DNA of 64,000 nt. It comes from Octopus vulgaris (lineage: Eukaryota). Below the pieces are notes generated by a model, which was given only the letters and a program-made list of their open reading frames with translations, was not told the origin of the DNA and searched no databases. Positions 1-15,439 of the stretch are shown here, one piece after another. Location: assembly GCA_951406725.2 (NCBI GenBank), contig OX597820.1, forward strand, positions 95,666,001-95,730,000, given 5' to 3'. Numbering within the stretch: the stretch's first letter is position 1; each line of letters starts with the position of its first letter. The position numbers and the translations under genes are program-made.

Positions 1-1470
1 AATATTAGAATTCTCTGATCCAATTCCCAAAGGATAAGATATCATGCTAATAATTTTGAAAAGTTAAAAAGTTTTTGATATGAAAAAATATGAAGGATAT
101 TGTTTTACGTGTCTGTTTGAATAGATTTATTGAACTTGTTTGGTTTCACGCCAGTTTGAAGTGCCAGCTACTGACATGTTCTTCTGACACACTTCAAATA
201 ATTTTCGTAGGCAGTCCTGATATAATACGCTAAACCTTATTTGGTGAAACGAACTATGCTAGATACGTTATACAAACAAAATATTTTTTATTTGTATTAT
301 TTTCTCTGCATGTTTTGTTTTGTTTTGTTTTTCATTTAGCACTATTACTCCTGACTCAACCTTCATATGAAAATATTTGTCCTGAACTGAGAATTTTACA
401 GTTCTTTTTTTATATTTTTGATTCTAGCAATCAAATAGCAATAAAAATTCTCGATGCTTTAAAATTTTGTTATTGGAAAATTATGTTTTAAAATCATTAG
501 AGTTTCGGTCGAGAGAATTTGAATAAGTGACTCAACAAGTAGACAGCTAATTAATTTAATGATGCTTTTTTTGCGGTAATATATAGAATCTTTTCTATAC
601 TCGATTTTTCTGTGAACAGTGTCATTAACTATGCAGAGTTGAAGCTTACTGGCTATTTATACTGCTATTTTTATTACACTTGCAACGACCTAATCTTTTC
701 AGCAACAACTAGATATGTTTGAATTATTTTTGCATAATTATTGCGTTGCATTGCTTTATTCAGTTTTAATTGGCAAGACCTCGTTGTCAATAAAAACATA
801 CATTATTTTAACCTTGAAGCAAGAATAATTATACTGATTTACCACATTGACACAGGCCATAAATTTGTGGTCTGATCGACTGATTCAGATTCTGAACATA
901 ATTAGTAATTGCTCTATAATCTTCAGCTGGATCAAAGGCAAAGTCCAGAAGCGGTACGATCTAATCTCAACAGACAGAGACAAAACCGAACATTTTGATG
1001 CATTTAGTTCGGTGCTTTGTCATTCCTAACATCAATTGTCCTGATAAAAATTTTAAAATTTAATATAATTCAGGAAAACAGACGCTAAGATAAATGTTTT
1101 TTAATTGGTTAGATTATTGAAATTTAGGTCATTATTTTTCTAAGCGAAAGCTTCATAAATAGTATTTTAGGACTGTTAACTTAATCTTTTAGGACTGTAT
1201 CTTAATATTTTATTTCGTATTCTGCAAATCTGACATATACATCATTAGGTATTGAACCTTGAAACAGAAAGGTTGTAAATAAATAGTATGAGGCAATCTA
1301 TTGTTTTAGCCTTTCCACTCGACTTCCCTAATACGAATTATTTCAGAACATAATTATTTAAACCAGATACTGTATGGCAATTTGTTCAGTGCTCTCCTGT
1401 TTTTCTTACACAACTGTACCTTCATTACCCGGTCTGAAGGTAATGAAGGTAATGAAGGTCTCCGTACCCA

Positions 1471-1495
1471 GCTGCTGCTGCTGCTGCTGCTGCTG

Positions 1496-1545
<50 letters not shown>
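1471..1545. repeat. (CTG)n(CTA)n compound microsatellite
   Basis: Seen directly. Confidence 0.97.
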
Positions 1546-1546
<1 letters not shown>

Positions 1547-2325
1547 TTTGAGAGGTACAGGTCCGCAGAAGACGGTAGAGTAAAATAGTTTATGTCGGTT
1601 CCAATTCTTGACTAGTACATAATTTGTTAACCCGAGTAGGAAAGAAGAGAATGCAAAGAGTTAACTTTGGCGGGATTTGGAATTCGTGTGTTAAGGTATA
1701 TAACTATAGGTCACCTCATAATTACAGCATTCTAGACCCAAACTCACTGCGTTAGCACCTTGAGCATGTGTCTTCTATAATCTTACGTTGACAAGTTCGT
1801 TGTGTGTGGAATTTGGAATTTAAAGAATGGAGTCTGTGTCGAACCCTGTCGTGTATAAACGCGCACATGCATACTCACACTCATGCAATGCTTAGCTGTC
1901 ATTCGCAAGAGTGCGTGACCTGGTAGCTTTCGCTAGTTGTTGTGGGGCACCCACTCATACCTATCCTACCTCCTGATGCAGTGAAATATCGAGGGCGTAA
2001 GTGCTAGAGGGAGAAAGAGCTGCATCAGTTGCCGATGAGTGGATCGGATCAGCGTTTCTTGCTCAATGATGCAGTGCACTATCCGGTCTAGGATTCGAAC
2101 TCAGAACTTTATGATCGAGAGGTCAGCATCCTTAACCCTTAGGCCACTCACCTCCAGACATACACACGCACACACATATGCATGCCGACACATATGTAGT
2201 ACTGTACACAGCGTATTCAAGTACAGTATATCATTCCATGATATACTGTACTGTTCTAGTGTGCGGTCGCCCAACACCACACCCGATAAACTCTACACTG
2301 TGGTAGCGTTTCCACACACACACAT

Positions 2326-2389
<64 letters not shown>

Positions 2390-3069
2390 ATTATAGTATC
2401 TCTGATTCTAATAATATTTATTTGTAATTTTTGGCATTGGATTTACAGAATTCATATGAAAATGAACAATTTACAGCATGTCATGTTATATATACACGTG
2501 TGTGTGTGTATGTGTGTGTGTGTGTATTGGTATCTTTCTTTTTGCTTTTTAACTTTACTATCTTCTTTTTTTCTCCCTACACCAATTCATGTACGTGCCA
2601 ATTGTGATATTTGTATTGTCCTCATTAGACCGCACTCTCGCCTGTCCCCGATCAATCTATTAAAAGTTGGCTTGTGCTGTGTATAGGAGAGCTCATAGAC
2701 ACACACAAACACAATCGTAATTAACTCCCTTAGTTTCACCGGAGTTACATGTTTAGCTAAACCTAGTCGTATTGAACTCATAATATAGACCAATAACTGG
2801 ATGTAAGTCATATAATCCTACACAATATATTCTTAGATATCATTTTGACTAAAAGCTTTTCATTAAAGAACATGAGATTTTCTAAGATATGTCAACAAAA
2901 AAAAAAGACGAAAAGTGTGATTGAAAGTCACGTCACTTATGCTGTTTAAATGAGTATAAAACAGTTTTCTAGTTCAAGACGTGTTCTTTATGTTGAGTAG
3001 TTTAGTAGTTCGACAAAACGATATAAAAAAAAATTAAGTACCACATTGATACAGTTACAAGGATCGCTA

Positions 3070-3960
3070 TGATATATTAAAGATTTTGAAGGCAGTTTTC
3101 CCATAACGCTCGTAGTCCAAAGACGGAAACCAGCAAAAGAATATAGTGTTAAATCTAGCTCTATATACTTTTTGTGGGATGGTCTGGGAGAAAGTAGAAA
3201 GGCATATAGCCTTTACTGACTCTTCGAAAGAAGCGAAATCAATGCAGTTGATATTTCTTTTGAACATGAAGTTGATTCATGCATGAAAGTATGGGTAAAG
3301 AGGGATCAAAATAGACAACGTTATGGCGTGGAAAATTTGTTTAGTGTGAAGACAGACACAGTATGGGTCTTAAAGGCAAAGGCCATTATAGTAGTGGTAT
3401 AAAAGTTTGTGGAAACAGTACGTCTGTTAGTCAAAAGCCATAGTGGTGTTGGCATCTCCATGTAAATTACCAGAGCGATTTATCTACGGATGCAGTTTTC
3501 ATGCATAGCAGTAATGTCGTCCAAAATATGTTTGTAGTATTCCACAGTGGGCTTTACTTGTAAAATTTTGTACAGAATTAGCACTTGTTGGGGGATGAAG
3601 CAATGTCTAATCCTACAGAGAAGTCTAGTTTTCCGGAAATAAGGTTTAATATTATGTGTGTAAGTCGTTAGTAATTGTGAAGCCTGTCACTTGTAGTCAT
3701 TGTGTAGTGCTCTAGAGGAATTTTACCAACGGATGCGGGCAAGGAAAGTGTGTGTGTGTGTGTGGGGGGATTTCTTCACAAGATAACTAAGTCATCGATC
3801 AAGAAGTTGAAGATTGGTGAGTAGAAATCAACGAAAGGGTTTGCAGAAATTGTGAGGGTGGTAGTGTTTGTGAGGATGGTAGTATTTAAAAGATGAATTT
3901 GTAGTGGTGGGCGTTATTCTTTTAAAGAGTTGTAGGTTCGAAAATGCTGTAACACTGCTA
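3070..3960 (-). mobile_element. Highly decayed Penelope-like RT remnant
   Basis: Minus-strand fragments ELDLTLYSFAGFRLWTTSVMG (cf. PLE ELVLTLNxFxF...GVAMG) and FLARIRW (cf. FxRRIRL). Many stops and frameshifts. Confidence 0.45.
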
Positions 3961-5275
3961 CGAGTAAAACATTGGTGGATTTAGATTTGTGTGTTTTGAT
4001 TCTAAATTCATTGATGGGGTTGTGTGTTTTTGTTGAATACTAGTAAATCTATAAGAAACTGCAGGCGTAATAATCTACTGTTAACAGGAAAGACAACTGT
4101 ACTAAACAAGCATCCATTCGGAAACGATGAAATAATTATTAAACTGATGCATATTTTAACAGCTTGAATAAGAATGTCAAATATTTTAGAGTTGGAGGTT
4201 TCAATGCTCTGTTATAGCAATTTAATATTTATGAAATTAGAAGTCGAGAGTTATTAAACTTGATGAATCAAAACGTGAACAATAAATATCTCATCTCACA
4301 CATCAGGCATATACATCAAATGAAATATTAACACAAAGCGATCAATTGAAAATAATATTGCATAAAATTTAGTTAGCTATACGGACACATTATAAGCTGT
4401 TCTGTAATACGGCTATAATTGTAGCATGTTTCCTATGCATTAAGTCAACTTAAAATTCAATACGATGTTACCAGGATCTATTTGTCCGATCAAACAATTA
4501 TTGTTCTATATTAGAAGAGTCAACTTCTCCATTAATATCATCCTGTAAATTGCAATCGTAATTCATTTCTTCATCTTTAATTTGTTGGTTACTCGTATTA
4601 GACCTTCAAATAATTTCTGTGACATATTTGTGCAATTATATGTAGGGATCCTTGAATCACTACGTGAATGTTTCTAAAGTACATTATTTGTTTTGGCACA
4701 TAATTTCAGATTAAAACATTCGGTTTGCCTTTTATTTTTTCAAGATTCAGAAATAAGTAACAGATATGTGCTGGGATTGTCATTCCTCGCCTAAAGCGTG
4801 GCATTTTGAGGCATTATATAATAAATTAAATCGAACTTATATTTCTGCTGATCATTTTATAGATGCCCCATCGATATATTAATTTACATGTAGAAGATCA
4901 CTTTACTGTGTAAAGGTATCTAATTCCCACCATCCCTATCAACTTTATTTATGCTTATAATTTATGGTGCATCTTAACTGTCACATAGAATAGTATATAA
5001 GCATTGGATCGTTTGACACTAGGCCTAGGATTAATATCCATTCCTGTTCTGTTAGGAAAATATCAGGGACTTTAACGACCTAGGCTTTCATGTATGTATA
5101 AACAAATGTACAATACATAAGAATAATAGAATTGATACAATAATTCTGAAAATAAACAAAAGATGTTGAGATAAGTTTTAACACAATTAAGTTTTAGCAT
5201 ATACACTTCTTATCTACTACTCTAATTATATTTTAATGAAATCAGCTTTGGCCGATGAATAAGTATTAGGAATAT

Positions 5276-5665
5276 AGGAGCAGGTATGATTATAAGGTTA
5301 AGAAGCTGGCTATGCATCACGTGGTCTCGATTTCAGTGTCACTGCACGGCACTTTTGGGCAAATGTCTTCCATTATAGCACCCCGGCCCGACCAATGCGT
5401 TGTGGATGAATTTGGTAGATGGAAACATATATTTATATATGTGCGTATGTGTGCGTCTTGGAGCCTGTGTTTGTTCCCCACCACTCTTTGACAACCGATA
5501 TTGGCTTCTTTACGTTCGTATGATTTATCAGTTAGACAAAATATACCGGCCGAACATACAGCTTAAGTATCATATTTAAAATTAAGTACAGATGGATAGA
5601 TTTGTTTGAGTGAAATCCTTCAAGCTGGTGACCCAGCATGGCCGCAGGCCAGTGATTGAAGCAAA
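5276..5665 (+). mobile_element. SINE family A, older diverged copy
   Basis: Colinear but diverged match to the family-A head, core and tail. Confidence 0.75.
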
Positions 5666-6317
5666 AAAAAAAATAAATGATAAATCGAGTAGGAAATACA
5701 TCTCAATACAGAATTAAAATTGATAAAATGCAAAAACGATTAAATGGTTTTAATGCTCAAATAAATATACTTGTGACTTTGAATCTAATATTCTCAATAT
5801 CATATTATTTAAAAAATCCAAAAAGCAACAACAGCATACAAACATCTTCCCTGCCATTCGTTTTGCATTCAATTCATAACCCGTTTATCCAATATTAATG
5901 TTTACATTGATTACTGAGACATATATCTTAGACAAATCTTATCTTAATATTCAACTGATTGTTTGTTTTGTGAACCATAAAATGCAGAAAAATTATTTCT
6001 CAAGGAATACAGCGAATTAAAGTGGGAAATATATATAAAAAACAACAAAAGATAAGAAAATGCAAAGAAACAATCATGAAGCCAAGATTTGCTATAGCTT
6101 CTTCATTGAATAAGAAATTTCATTTGTACAACTCAATTATTACAACCAAATCTCTCAAACGTAAACAATTCTTACTATGATGGAGTAATGAAATTAATGT
6201 TTTATTGGATATATAAGGCACGTATGATGTTACTTTACAAGAGGAAAATGCTCTGAGACGTCGAATACATGAAAATAAAACGTCTAATCAACAAATAAAA
6301 TGTAGATAAAATCTTAC

Positions 6318-6461
6318 AGGTTTTCCAGTCTTTCTAATCCTGTAAAAGCACCATTCGGGATTTCTCTGATGAAGTTATTACCCATAATTAAGTCTCGGAG
6401 TTTGCTAAGACCTCGAAATGAATTTTCTTTCAGTTGCATGATTTTATTATTGTAGAGGTTT
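6318..6461 (-). CDS. LGR5-like: Double-LRR exon (144 bp) of type-B LGR
   Basis: tttttcag| ... |gtaag. Encodes NLYNNKIMQLKENSFRGLSKLRDLIMGNNFIREIPNGAFTGLERLEN(L), visible in ORF 6314..6514. Confidence 0.92.
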
Positions 6462-8900
6462 CTGAAAAAGAAAAGTAAATTTTTTCTTAAACAAAATAAG
6501 TTCATCCTTTGCATGTATCATACTGACGGTTAAAACATGGGATGTTAGAAGACCTACAAAATCAATTCTGTTGCATAGTATTTGAAATAAACTGTTTCGA
6601 AAACAAAGCGCAAGCAGGCTCTGAACTTGAATCATGAAACCTGAAAGACACAGGTAAAAATACTTATAAAATAAAGTTCTTACCTATTTCTCGTTAAATT
6701 TTGATGCTATACAGAACAGAGAAAGGATATAAAAAAATCTTTGTTGGAATTTTAAACATGTGATTAATTTAATCATTGTATCACATATCGAATATCTTAA
6801 AATATCACGGCATATGCTTAATGACGTATTTTCCTTCCAGAAAGATTTGACATATCAAAGAAACGCATGCATTGAATAGAAATGGTGAAGTTCGTTTGAA
6901 AGGGATTACTTTTATAGGTAAATTAGAGAGGGATTCATACCACCCAGAGAGATCTCGGAGACATCTATGCGCAAAATTGATTTTATTTCATTACTTCTTA
7001 CCTCTTAGTCAAAGCCCCTTTATACCCATCTGGCGACATTCACTAATACATTTCATGATCCATCTCAAATTCCCAATTACAATACACACACACGCACACA
7101 TACATACATATACAAATTCTATGAAACCCATTGAATATGAAAACGAAAACATTAACTAGCTTTATCGTGATTTGCAATTAGGAATCACAAACCTTTGTGG
7201 TAAAGTAACTTTTCATTGAACCAGAATCGTGTATCGATTTTTCTCATGTTAGTAGTAGAAACCATTTTATCCGAAGCCATAAAAATATTTCATGTAATCT
7301 ACCGTGACTAATCCATCAACTCTAAGATTGCTAAATCAGCATAAAGGCTTTGAATATATTAAAGACTAGCACCTGTGTTAGGATAAGAGAAGTACAAGAA
7401 AGTTTTAATTTTCCACAAAAGAACGAATACTAATTTTTTCTGTAATAAGGAGTGATAGTTCATTGCGAATATCGCGTAAGATAGCAATGTAGTATATAGA
7501 AAAGATTTTACCACCACTAAAACAATTTAAAATACTTAGCATGTATTTCATTGTTTGAAATTAAGTTAGACCTTGTAATCGTAGTAGCATTCATTATAAA
7601 CTGTTTAGTTTTGTCAAATTCTTAAAAATGGAAAAAATGTCATCGAAATGACTTTTCTCACTTCCTTATTTCATTTAAATTTTGCAATATCATTCTCATC
7701 AAAATGAATGAGAATCTAGTTTAAAGTTGTAGGTAGTATTATCTGATGAAATAGCTGATATCAAGGTGTTTGCTCTATTTCATATAGAGAATCAAGTTAC
7801 TAGTTTATGTTCTACGAATTACTAGTTTATGTTCCAAAAGTTCCACGAATGAACAAAGTTTTTGGTGATCTTACGGTGATACAATAATGAAAATCTCAAA
7901 TGAATGTAATTTGCTAATTTAGCAAACCTCATAGAACGATAGAGCACCAACCACAGTTGAATTCATAGCCTAGGTTTCATTTGCAGCTGCAAGAATTTCA
8001 AAATAATTTTTCTTACTAATGACATATAACTATTTCTTCTTCATCATAAACTTATGACATATGTGCAGGTAAAATGAATCAAGCGCTGTACACTAGTAGT
8101 TATAGGTTTTTCCACAATACTCCATAAGGCGCATAGGGCCGGCTTCCCAGGCGTATATATTCTTTCCTGGACGGAATGCTGATTCATCGCTGGATAACTC
8201 GTTTTTACCAGTTTTACTCAAGAACACAACGTATCGCCGGTCCAGAAATCGAAACCACAATCATGAGTTCAATACCGTAACCATTAAGCCGTATGCCTCC
8301 ACAACTAATTGTAATAAGTATTCATAAATTCTTCTTTATTTTTGTCCAAGTTAGTCTATAACTTCGACTCGAATTACTTGAAAATACTTTATTCATCGAA
8401 CTCAAAATACAAGAAGTTGACGTCAGTAGATTTGAACTCAACATAAAGAGTCAGAAGAAAAATCAGTAGGCATTGTTGTCCGAAACGCTAACGATTCTGA
8501 AAGCTCGCCAACTTATAAAGCTCTTTGATCAATATTAGAATTAATTTAGATATTGATACTATTAGATTTAGACAATATTTCTATCGTTTAACCATAAAGA
8601 GACACAAAAAAGACAAAGTACGCTATAATACATTTCAGCAGTATTTTATGAAAACATTACATCACACAATAAGATAAATAAGTGGAATTAAATGCTTAAG
8701 AATAAAAGGCAATTATTAAATATTTAATACTAATTAAATAATATATTTTGAACTCAAATATGTTTATGATATATTGAGTTTGCAATTTTTTACGAAACAT
8801 TTTATAATTAAATCTGTTGTTGATGTTCAATTCTAGCTATGTCCATTCCATTATGTGTTCAGGCATAATGCATTCGAGACCACATCATCCAATGAGTCCA

Positions 8901-9305
8901 TACTCTTTACTCTTTACTTGTTTCAGTCATTTGACTGCGGCCATGCTGGAGCACCGCCTTTAATTGAGCAACTCGGCCCTGGGACTTATTCTTTTGTAAG
9001 CCCAGTACTTATTCTATCGGTCTCTTTTGTCGAACCGCTAAGTAACGGGGACATAAACACACCAGCATCGGTTGTCAAGCAATTCTAGGGGGACAAACAC
9101 AGACACACAAACACACACACATACATATATATATATACATATATACGACAGGCTTCTTTCAGTTTCCGTCTACCAAATCCACTCACAAGGCATTGGTCGG
9201 CCCGGGGCTATAGTAGAAAACACTTGCCCAAGATGCCACGCAGTGGGACTGAACCCGGAACCATGTGGTTGGTTAGCAAGCTACTTACCACACAGCCACT
9301 CCTGC
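8901..9305 (-). mobile_element. SINE family A
   Basis: Reverse complement of the 28173/62742 copies. Confidence 0.87.
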
Positions 9306-9428
9306 TGTGTTTTTTTTTAAAGCCACTTCTGCTGTTTTTTTTTTTTAAAGTTGTGATTTGAAAGGAGACTTGCCTGCTATTTCTAGTAGGAAAAGAGACC
9401 ATGTAAAATCACTTTATTTTGATGAGAT

Positions 9429-10130
9429 GTAAGGCGGTGAGCGGTAGGAACTATAAGCTTTCCAGACAACATGCAGGTATTAATGAGGTGTAAAGCGACG
9501 AGCTGGTAGAACCGTTAGCATACCGGACATGGCGGCATTTCATCCGGCTTTATGTTCAAAGTTCAAATTTCACCCAGGTCAACTTCCGTTTCTTCGTTTT
9601 AGGGTGGATGAAATAGGTACCTATCAAGTACTAGAGTCGATGTAATCGACTAAGCCCTTCGCAACGAATTTCAGGCCTTGAGCCTATAGTAAGAAAGATT
9701 AATTTAATTAGGCAGCGAGCTTGGCAGGATCGTTAGCACGCCGGAGAGAATAGTTAGTGACATTTCTACTGGTTTTATGTTCTGAGATCAAATTGTCCTG
9801 AGGTCAAATTTCGCCGAGATCGATTTTCGGAGTAGATAGATAAGTACCAGCCAAGTACTGGGATCTATGTACTCGACTTCTCCGCTCCCGGCAAAAATTG
9901 TTCGTTCTTTGCCAAAATTTGAAACTATTTGATGAAGCATAAGGTGACAATCTAAGAGAATCCTTAGCTTGTCGGATAAAATGCTTAAGGACATTTCTCT
10001 CGGCTTTGCTAACTGAGTTCAAATTTTGTCGAGGTCAACTTTGCCTTTCATCTCTTTCGGGTTCATTAAACAAGTACCAGTTGAGCGCTGGGATTGATGT
10101 AATGAGCAGCTTCCTTCTCAACAAATTCCA
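9429..10130 (+). mobile_element. Cluster of three or four partial SINE family B copies (aaggcggcgagctggcaga...gtcgactttgcctttcatcc)
   Basis: Repeated head plus the gaggtcaactttgcctttcatc...aagtaccag block. Confidence 0.75.
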
Positions 10131-11081
10131 GTTCTACATTCAGTAAATCACTTCGAGATCTACTCATTTCTTTTACCTGTTCTGTGGGTAAATTTCCGTC
10201 TCATTCGACGATGAGCATTTAGCTATTCAACAACTGAAATCTTAATCACGAAAGTAACAAGTAAGTGGCTGTGTATTCCTTTGACATGCTTAGACTTTGA
10301 CATGCGTATAATCCTGATTGAATCAGTGTGACACAATGTGAAAAGGGTGGGCTTTTGAATTACAGATACGATGTCGAAAGAAAGAAATAGAGACAGAAGA
10401 GAAAAAAGAGAAGAGAGAGAGGGAGGGAAAGAGAGAGAGACAGACAAAAAGAAAGAGTGGAAGAGAGAGAAGAAGAGAGAAACAAAGAGATAAAGAGAGA
10501 AAGAAAGAGGGAGGGAAGGAGAGAGAGACAAAGAGAAAAAGAGAGAGAGAGAGGATGGGGCAAGAAACGATACCAGCAATAAGCTGATAATATTACCGAT
10601 CTAATATTACTGATCTAATGGATAAAAGGTTAATATCTAATGGATAGAATGCTAATCTTACCGATTTAATGGATAAAAGGTAAAACTGTCCTCGGTGAAA
10701 TGTTCATTCGGTGCGCAAAGTCAGAAAGAACAAGAGATTCTTATGATTCTAATCGCAGTCTTTCTTTAAGATAATTAATTTCTAGTTGATGTATCCCTAT
10801 TAAAAATACTTACTTGAAGAAACTACTTCAACTAATTCATTAGTGTAATGGATCTCGGTCGGTTTCGACAATGAATATGCAGCTGTTCAACCAGCTCAAT
10901 TAGCTACTTGTTGAATTAGCATTATAAGTCACTAAGTATTTCATTGATACTTTCATTCTCAAAGTGAATGAGCTGACGCGAACTTCACTCGACTCCGAAT
11001 TCTGAACGTATTCGGATCGTCACTATGTACACTTTACTCGGACCAGTCTATCTTTCGCAAGATGGCGTCGTAACTCTCATC

Positions 11082-11185
<104 letters not shown>

Positions 11186-11709
11186 CACACGAGTAAGTGG
11201 ACAAATGAAAGACGGGCACTCAACTAATTTATTGGGAGTTACATGTATGGATCAAAACAGTTTGATTCAAATTCATTGGTACTCTATATATGTATATATA
11301 GATATACATTTACACACACAAACACACACACATACACACACACACACATATATAATTGATATTGTTCTTCAAACACCAAAATACTGTTACCTGTTTTGAA
11401 ATAACATTATATCATTTTAGCATTTCTTGCATTAATTGCCGAAAACATATCCAAATTTAAAACTTCTGTTCTAATTTAGTGCATTTTCGATTTATTGTTT
11501 ATTTTGCTTTCTTGCAGTATTTTAAGTTACCATTTAATGCTATGTCGCCAAGTGACAAATCGAAATCATGTGTGTCTAATATAATTTCATTCAATACTTA
11601 GTTTGTTCTGAATGATTCGTCGAACTTTTGTTTCAATATTATATAACATAAACTTGTAAATTGATACTCTATTTATCTAACCGATGATAGGAATCTTTGA
11701 ACAACTTAC

Positions 11710-11775
11710 AATATTCTTAGTTCTCCGCATCCTGTAAGATTTGGCATCAGAGTAAGTTTATTGGAATGAACATCA
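11710..11775 (-). CDS. LGR5-like: LRR exon (66 bp) of type-B LGR
   Basis: ttacag| ... |gtaag. Encodes DVHSNKLTLMPNLTGCGELRI(L), the short 22-aa Cys-containing repeat of type-B LGRs (rickets recalled as PNLSSCRDLRLL). Confidence 0.92.
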
Positions 11776-11842
11776 CTGTAAAACAAAATATGAAACATTG
11801 TAGAAAAGTACAAATTTCATTGAACAGACTCAAAAGTTTAGA

Positions 11843-12036
<194 letters not shown>

Positions 12037-12037
<1 letters not shown>

Positions 12038-12768
12038 TTTTAAAAAGGATTGACATAACTTTTCACAAAGGTATACCGTCAGGACGATTGTATTCGATTG
12101 TAATAGATATTTTATTGGTTGAACGATATTTCAACAGTAAGTTCAAAAGAAGGGATAAAATTCAAAATTGTAGAAATTTAAATGTAAAGTATGAACGAGA
12201 GCAACCAGCGTCCACAGTTGATGGAATGACACCATCAATCTTTAAGTTTAAATCCATTGGCCCAGGATTGGGTTCAACACGGGGGTATAACATAATTAAC
12301 AGGGCTGACTTTCTTTAGACACCTGGCTGCTTTGGTAACTTCCAGAATTTCTATATGATCCAATTCTTATTCGGTGAAGCATAAAATGAATCATCTCAAT
12401 CTTGATTTTGATATTTTATAAAGGATTGAAGTAACTCTTCACAAAAGTAAACAGTCAAGACGAAGAGCACGATTCGATTGCAATAGATATTTTATTAGTT
12501 GAACGACATTTTAACAGTAAATCTGTCTTTGTCAAAATCAAAGTAAAAAGTGATAAATATTCAAAATCATAGAAATGTAATTGTGAAGTATGAACGAGAT
12601 CCACTTTAAATCCTGAGCCAATGGACTTAAACTTAAAGACTGATGATGTCATTCCCTCAACGTGTGGACGCTGGTTGCTCTCGTTCATACTTTACATTTG
12701 AATTTCTGAAAGTTTGAATTTTTATCACTTCGTATTTTGAACTTGACAAAGATAGACTTACTGTTGAA

Positions 12769-12770
<2 letters not shown>
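12037..12770. repeat. Direct-plus-inverted repeat element between (TAA)n tracts
   Basis: 12037-12200 is repeated directly at ~12414-12599, and ~12127-12268 is repeated inverted at ~12610-12771. Confidence 0.82.
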
Positions 12771-12844
<74 letters not shown>

Positions 12845-13227
12845 AATAATATGGCAGTGTTTTTAGCGCATCGGACAAAATTATTCGCAGTAATTGCTAT
12901 GTTCCTCTGCAAACTGAGTTGAGATCCGGCTGAGGTCAACTTCATCTTTCGTCCTTCGAGGGTCGATCAATTAAAAAAACAATGAAATACGTACGATTAA
13001 TGTTATTTGATGTATGATCATCTTCCCCTTGTGTTGGAAATCAACATTAATTTACACGAAATGTAGTGAATTAGATATAATTAAATAACCGTTGTTTGCA
13101 GATTTGTTCGGATAACTACATAAAAGTGCCGACCAACTAAATTATCGCGAATTATACAGAGCTTCAACTCGTTTCCATGGTGAAAAATATATTGTATTGA
13201 ACCTATCTACAATTAGGTGAACTGAGC

Positions 13228-13291
<64 letters not shown>

Positions 13292-13459
13292 TACATAATT
13301 GTTTGTGATTAATCTATATTTTTGTTATTTTTCATTTGTCGTGCTCGCTTACGTCTCTGGTGTGCTAAATTTTCCGAGGAACAATTCTTAGTGGTTGACA
13401 CCATAGCGGATCTTCTAGCATAAGGGTTTCCACATAGTGGTTAAGAAATTCCCTCATAT

Positions 13460-14002
<543 letters not shown>

Positions 14003-14093
14003 ATTCCCATATTCTGTCCATATCACCTATGAACCTAATATAAGAATTTATATTCTGTATTAAAAATGAAAAAAAGAGAAACAAACTACTTAC

Positions 14094-14234
14094 AGATATT
14101 GAAGTGTCGCTACTTTCTGACATAAATCATCAGGTAGGGCTTCGATTGCAGCTCTATCAAATTGTATGATCGTTAATCTATGACTCCCCGTCAAATCCGG
14201 AAAAACTGTCTGTTGGTCAGCCTTTGAAATGACT
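14094..14234 (-). CDS. LGR5-like: Double-LRR exon (141 bp) of type-B LGR
   Basis: ttccag| ... |gtaag. Encodes [46 protein letters not shown](L). FPDLTG is characteristic of LGR4/5/6, and DRAxI...P..LC resembles rickets. Confidence 0.93.
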
Positions 14235-14979
14235 CTGGAAATACAGAAATAAATGTATTTATTGTGTTGTAATTTAATAATGTTTGCGGAGTTTAAACAT
14301 AGTTATTAGAACAGGTATGAGTAATCTTTTTCGAGAAATACGTCACATGAGACATCAATCATCATAATACGGGCTGCATTACAAAAAATTTCAGTTGACA
14401 GTAATCTTTTCGTTAGGCGTGTCATTCAGAAAGTCCCGCAGGCCGTTATTTCCCACAGATCTGGATTAGGACACTCTACATTCCCTTTAATGGGGGTGGG
14501 TGGATTTGTAGTATAGTTAGAGCTTTAGATAAAATGCTTGACTTTATTTAGAAAGGACAGTGGTAGTGGTATTAATAAGACTTGGAAGTTGGACACGGCA
14601 AGAGTGGTATGAAAATGAGACACGATCAGACTGGGAGTGTCTGGGCAATTCAGTAGGAGTCTAGTTAGCTCCAAGGAGCAAAGATCATTATAGAAAAGAC
14701 AGAAAAGGTACAGAGGGAGAGAGAGGGAAGAGTGAGACGAGAGACAGCTCGTTTGAGGGCTAGAGCCTGGAGCATATTTGTAAATGATTTATGCTAATCA
14801 GTTAGATGGTATCTTCTCTAGATACGGTCTACAATGTCTGTATATACAACACCTGCACTGTCCAAAAACTGAGCGTTTCTTTAATGACATAATAGCAACA
14901 AAGCACATACATTCAATATTGATGTCACACAAAGGAGTTGCAAAACAATATGAGGAATGTGCGATCACACACAAACCAC

Positions 14980-15075
<96 letters not shown>

Positions 15076-15439
15076 TGTATGTGTGACAAACAAGAGCAGG
15101 AAATAAATAATACAGATTAAAAAGTTAGTAGAAGCAACAAATGCGAAAAAAAAACGTCCCTATAGGAGTGAGAGACCACCACTTAAGAAGAACAATTCAC
15201 GCCTACCATCATTCCGCTCCGGTTGCGTAACGTAAACTGGTTTATTAGGGCTTGCTTGTGTTCTGTTTAAGATGTTGGTTTAATTTTAGTCATTTAGTCA
15301 TTTGATCTTAGTTATTTAGTCGTTTTGTGTAATCACCACTTATTTTTCTTTTAATTAGTGAAATAGTCCTGATGACTCCCAACCCACCGTATAGTTCATT
15401 CAGCATTTGTATCAGTACTCATTATTGATCCGGGTAACC

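Noticed and set aside
10585-10685. Short interspersed direct repeats resembling a CRISPR array
   Set aside because: Irregular slippage duplications next to a SINE fragment, with no constant repeat or spacer length, no cas genes and a eukaryotic context.
10809-11000. cttac donor-like site suggesting another LRR exon
   Set aside because: The adjacent sequence is a decayed SINE tail with no LRR frame, and exons 11710-11775 and 6318-6461 already join without a gap.
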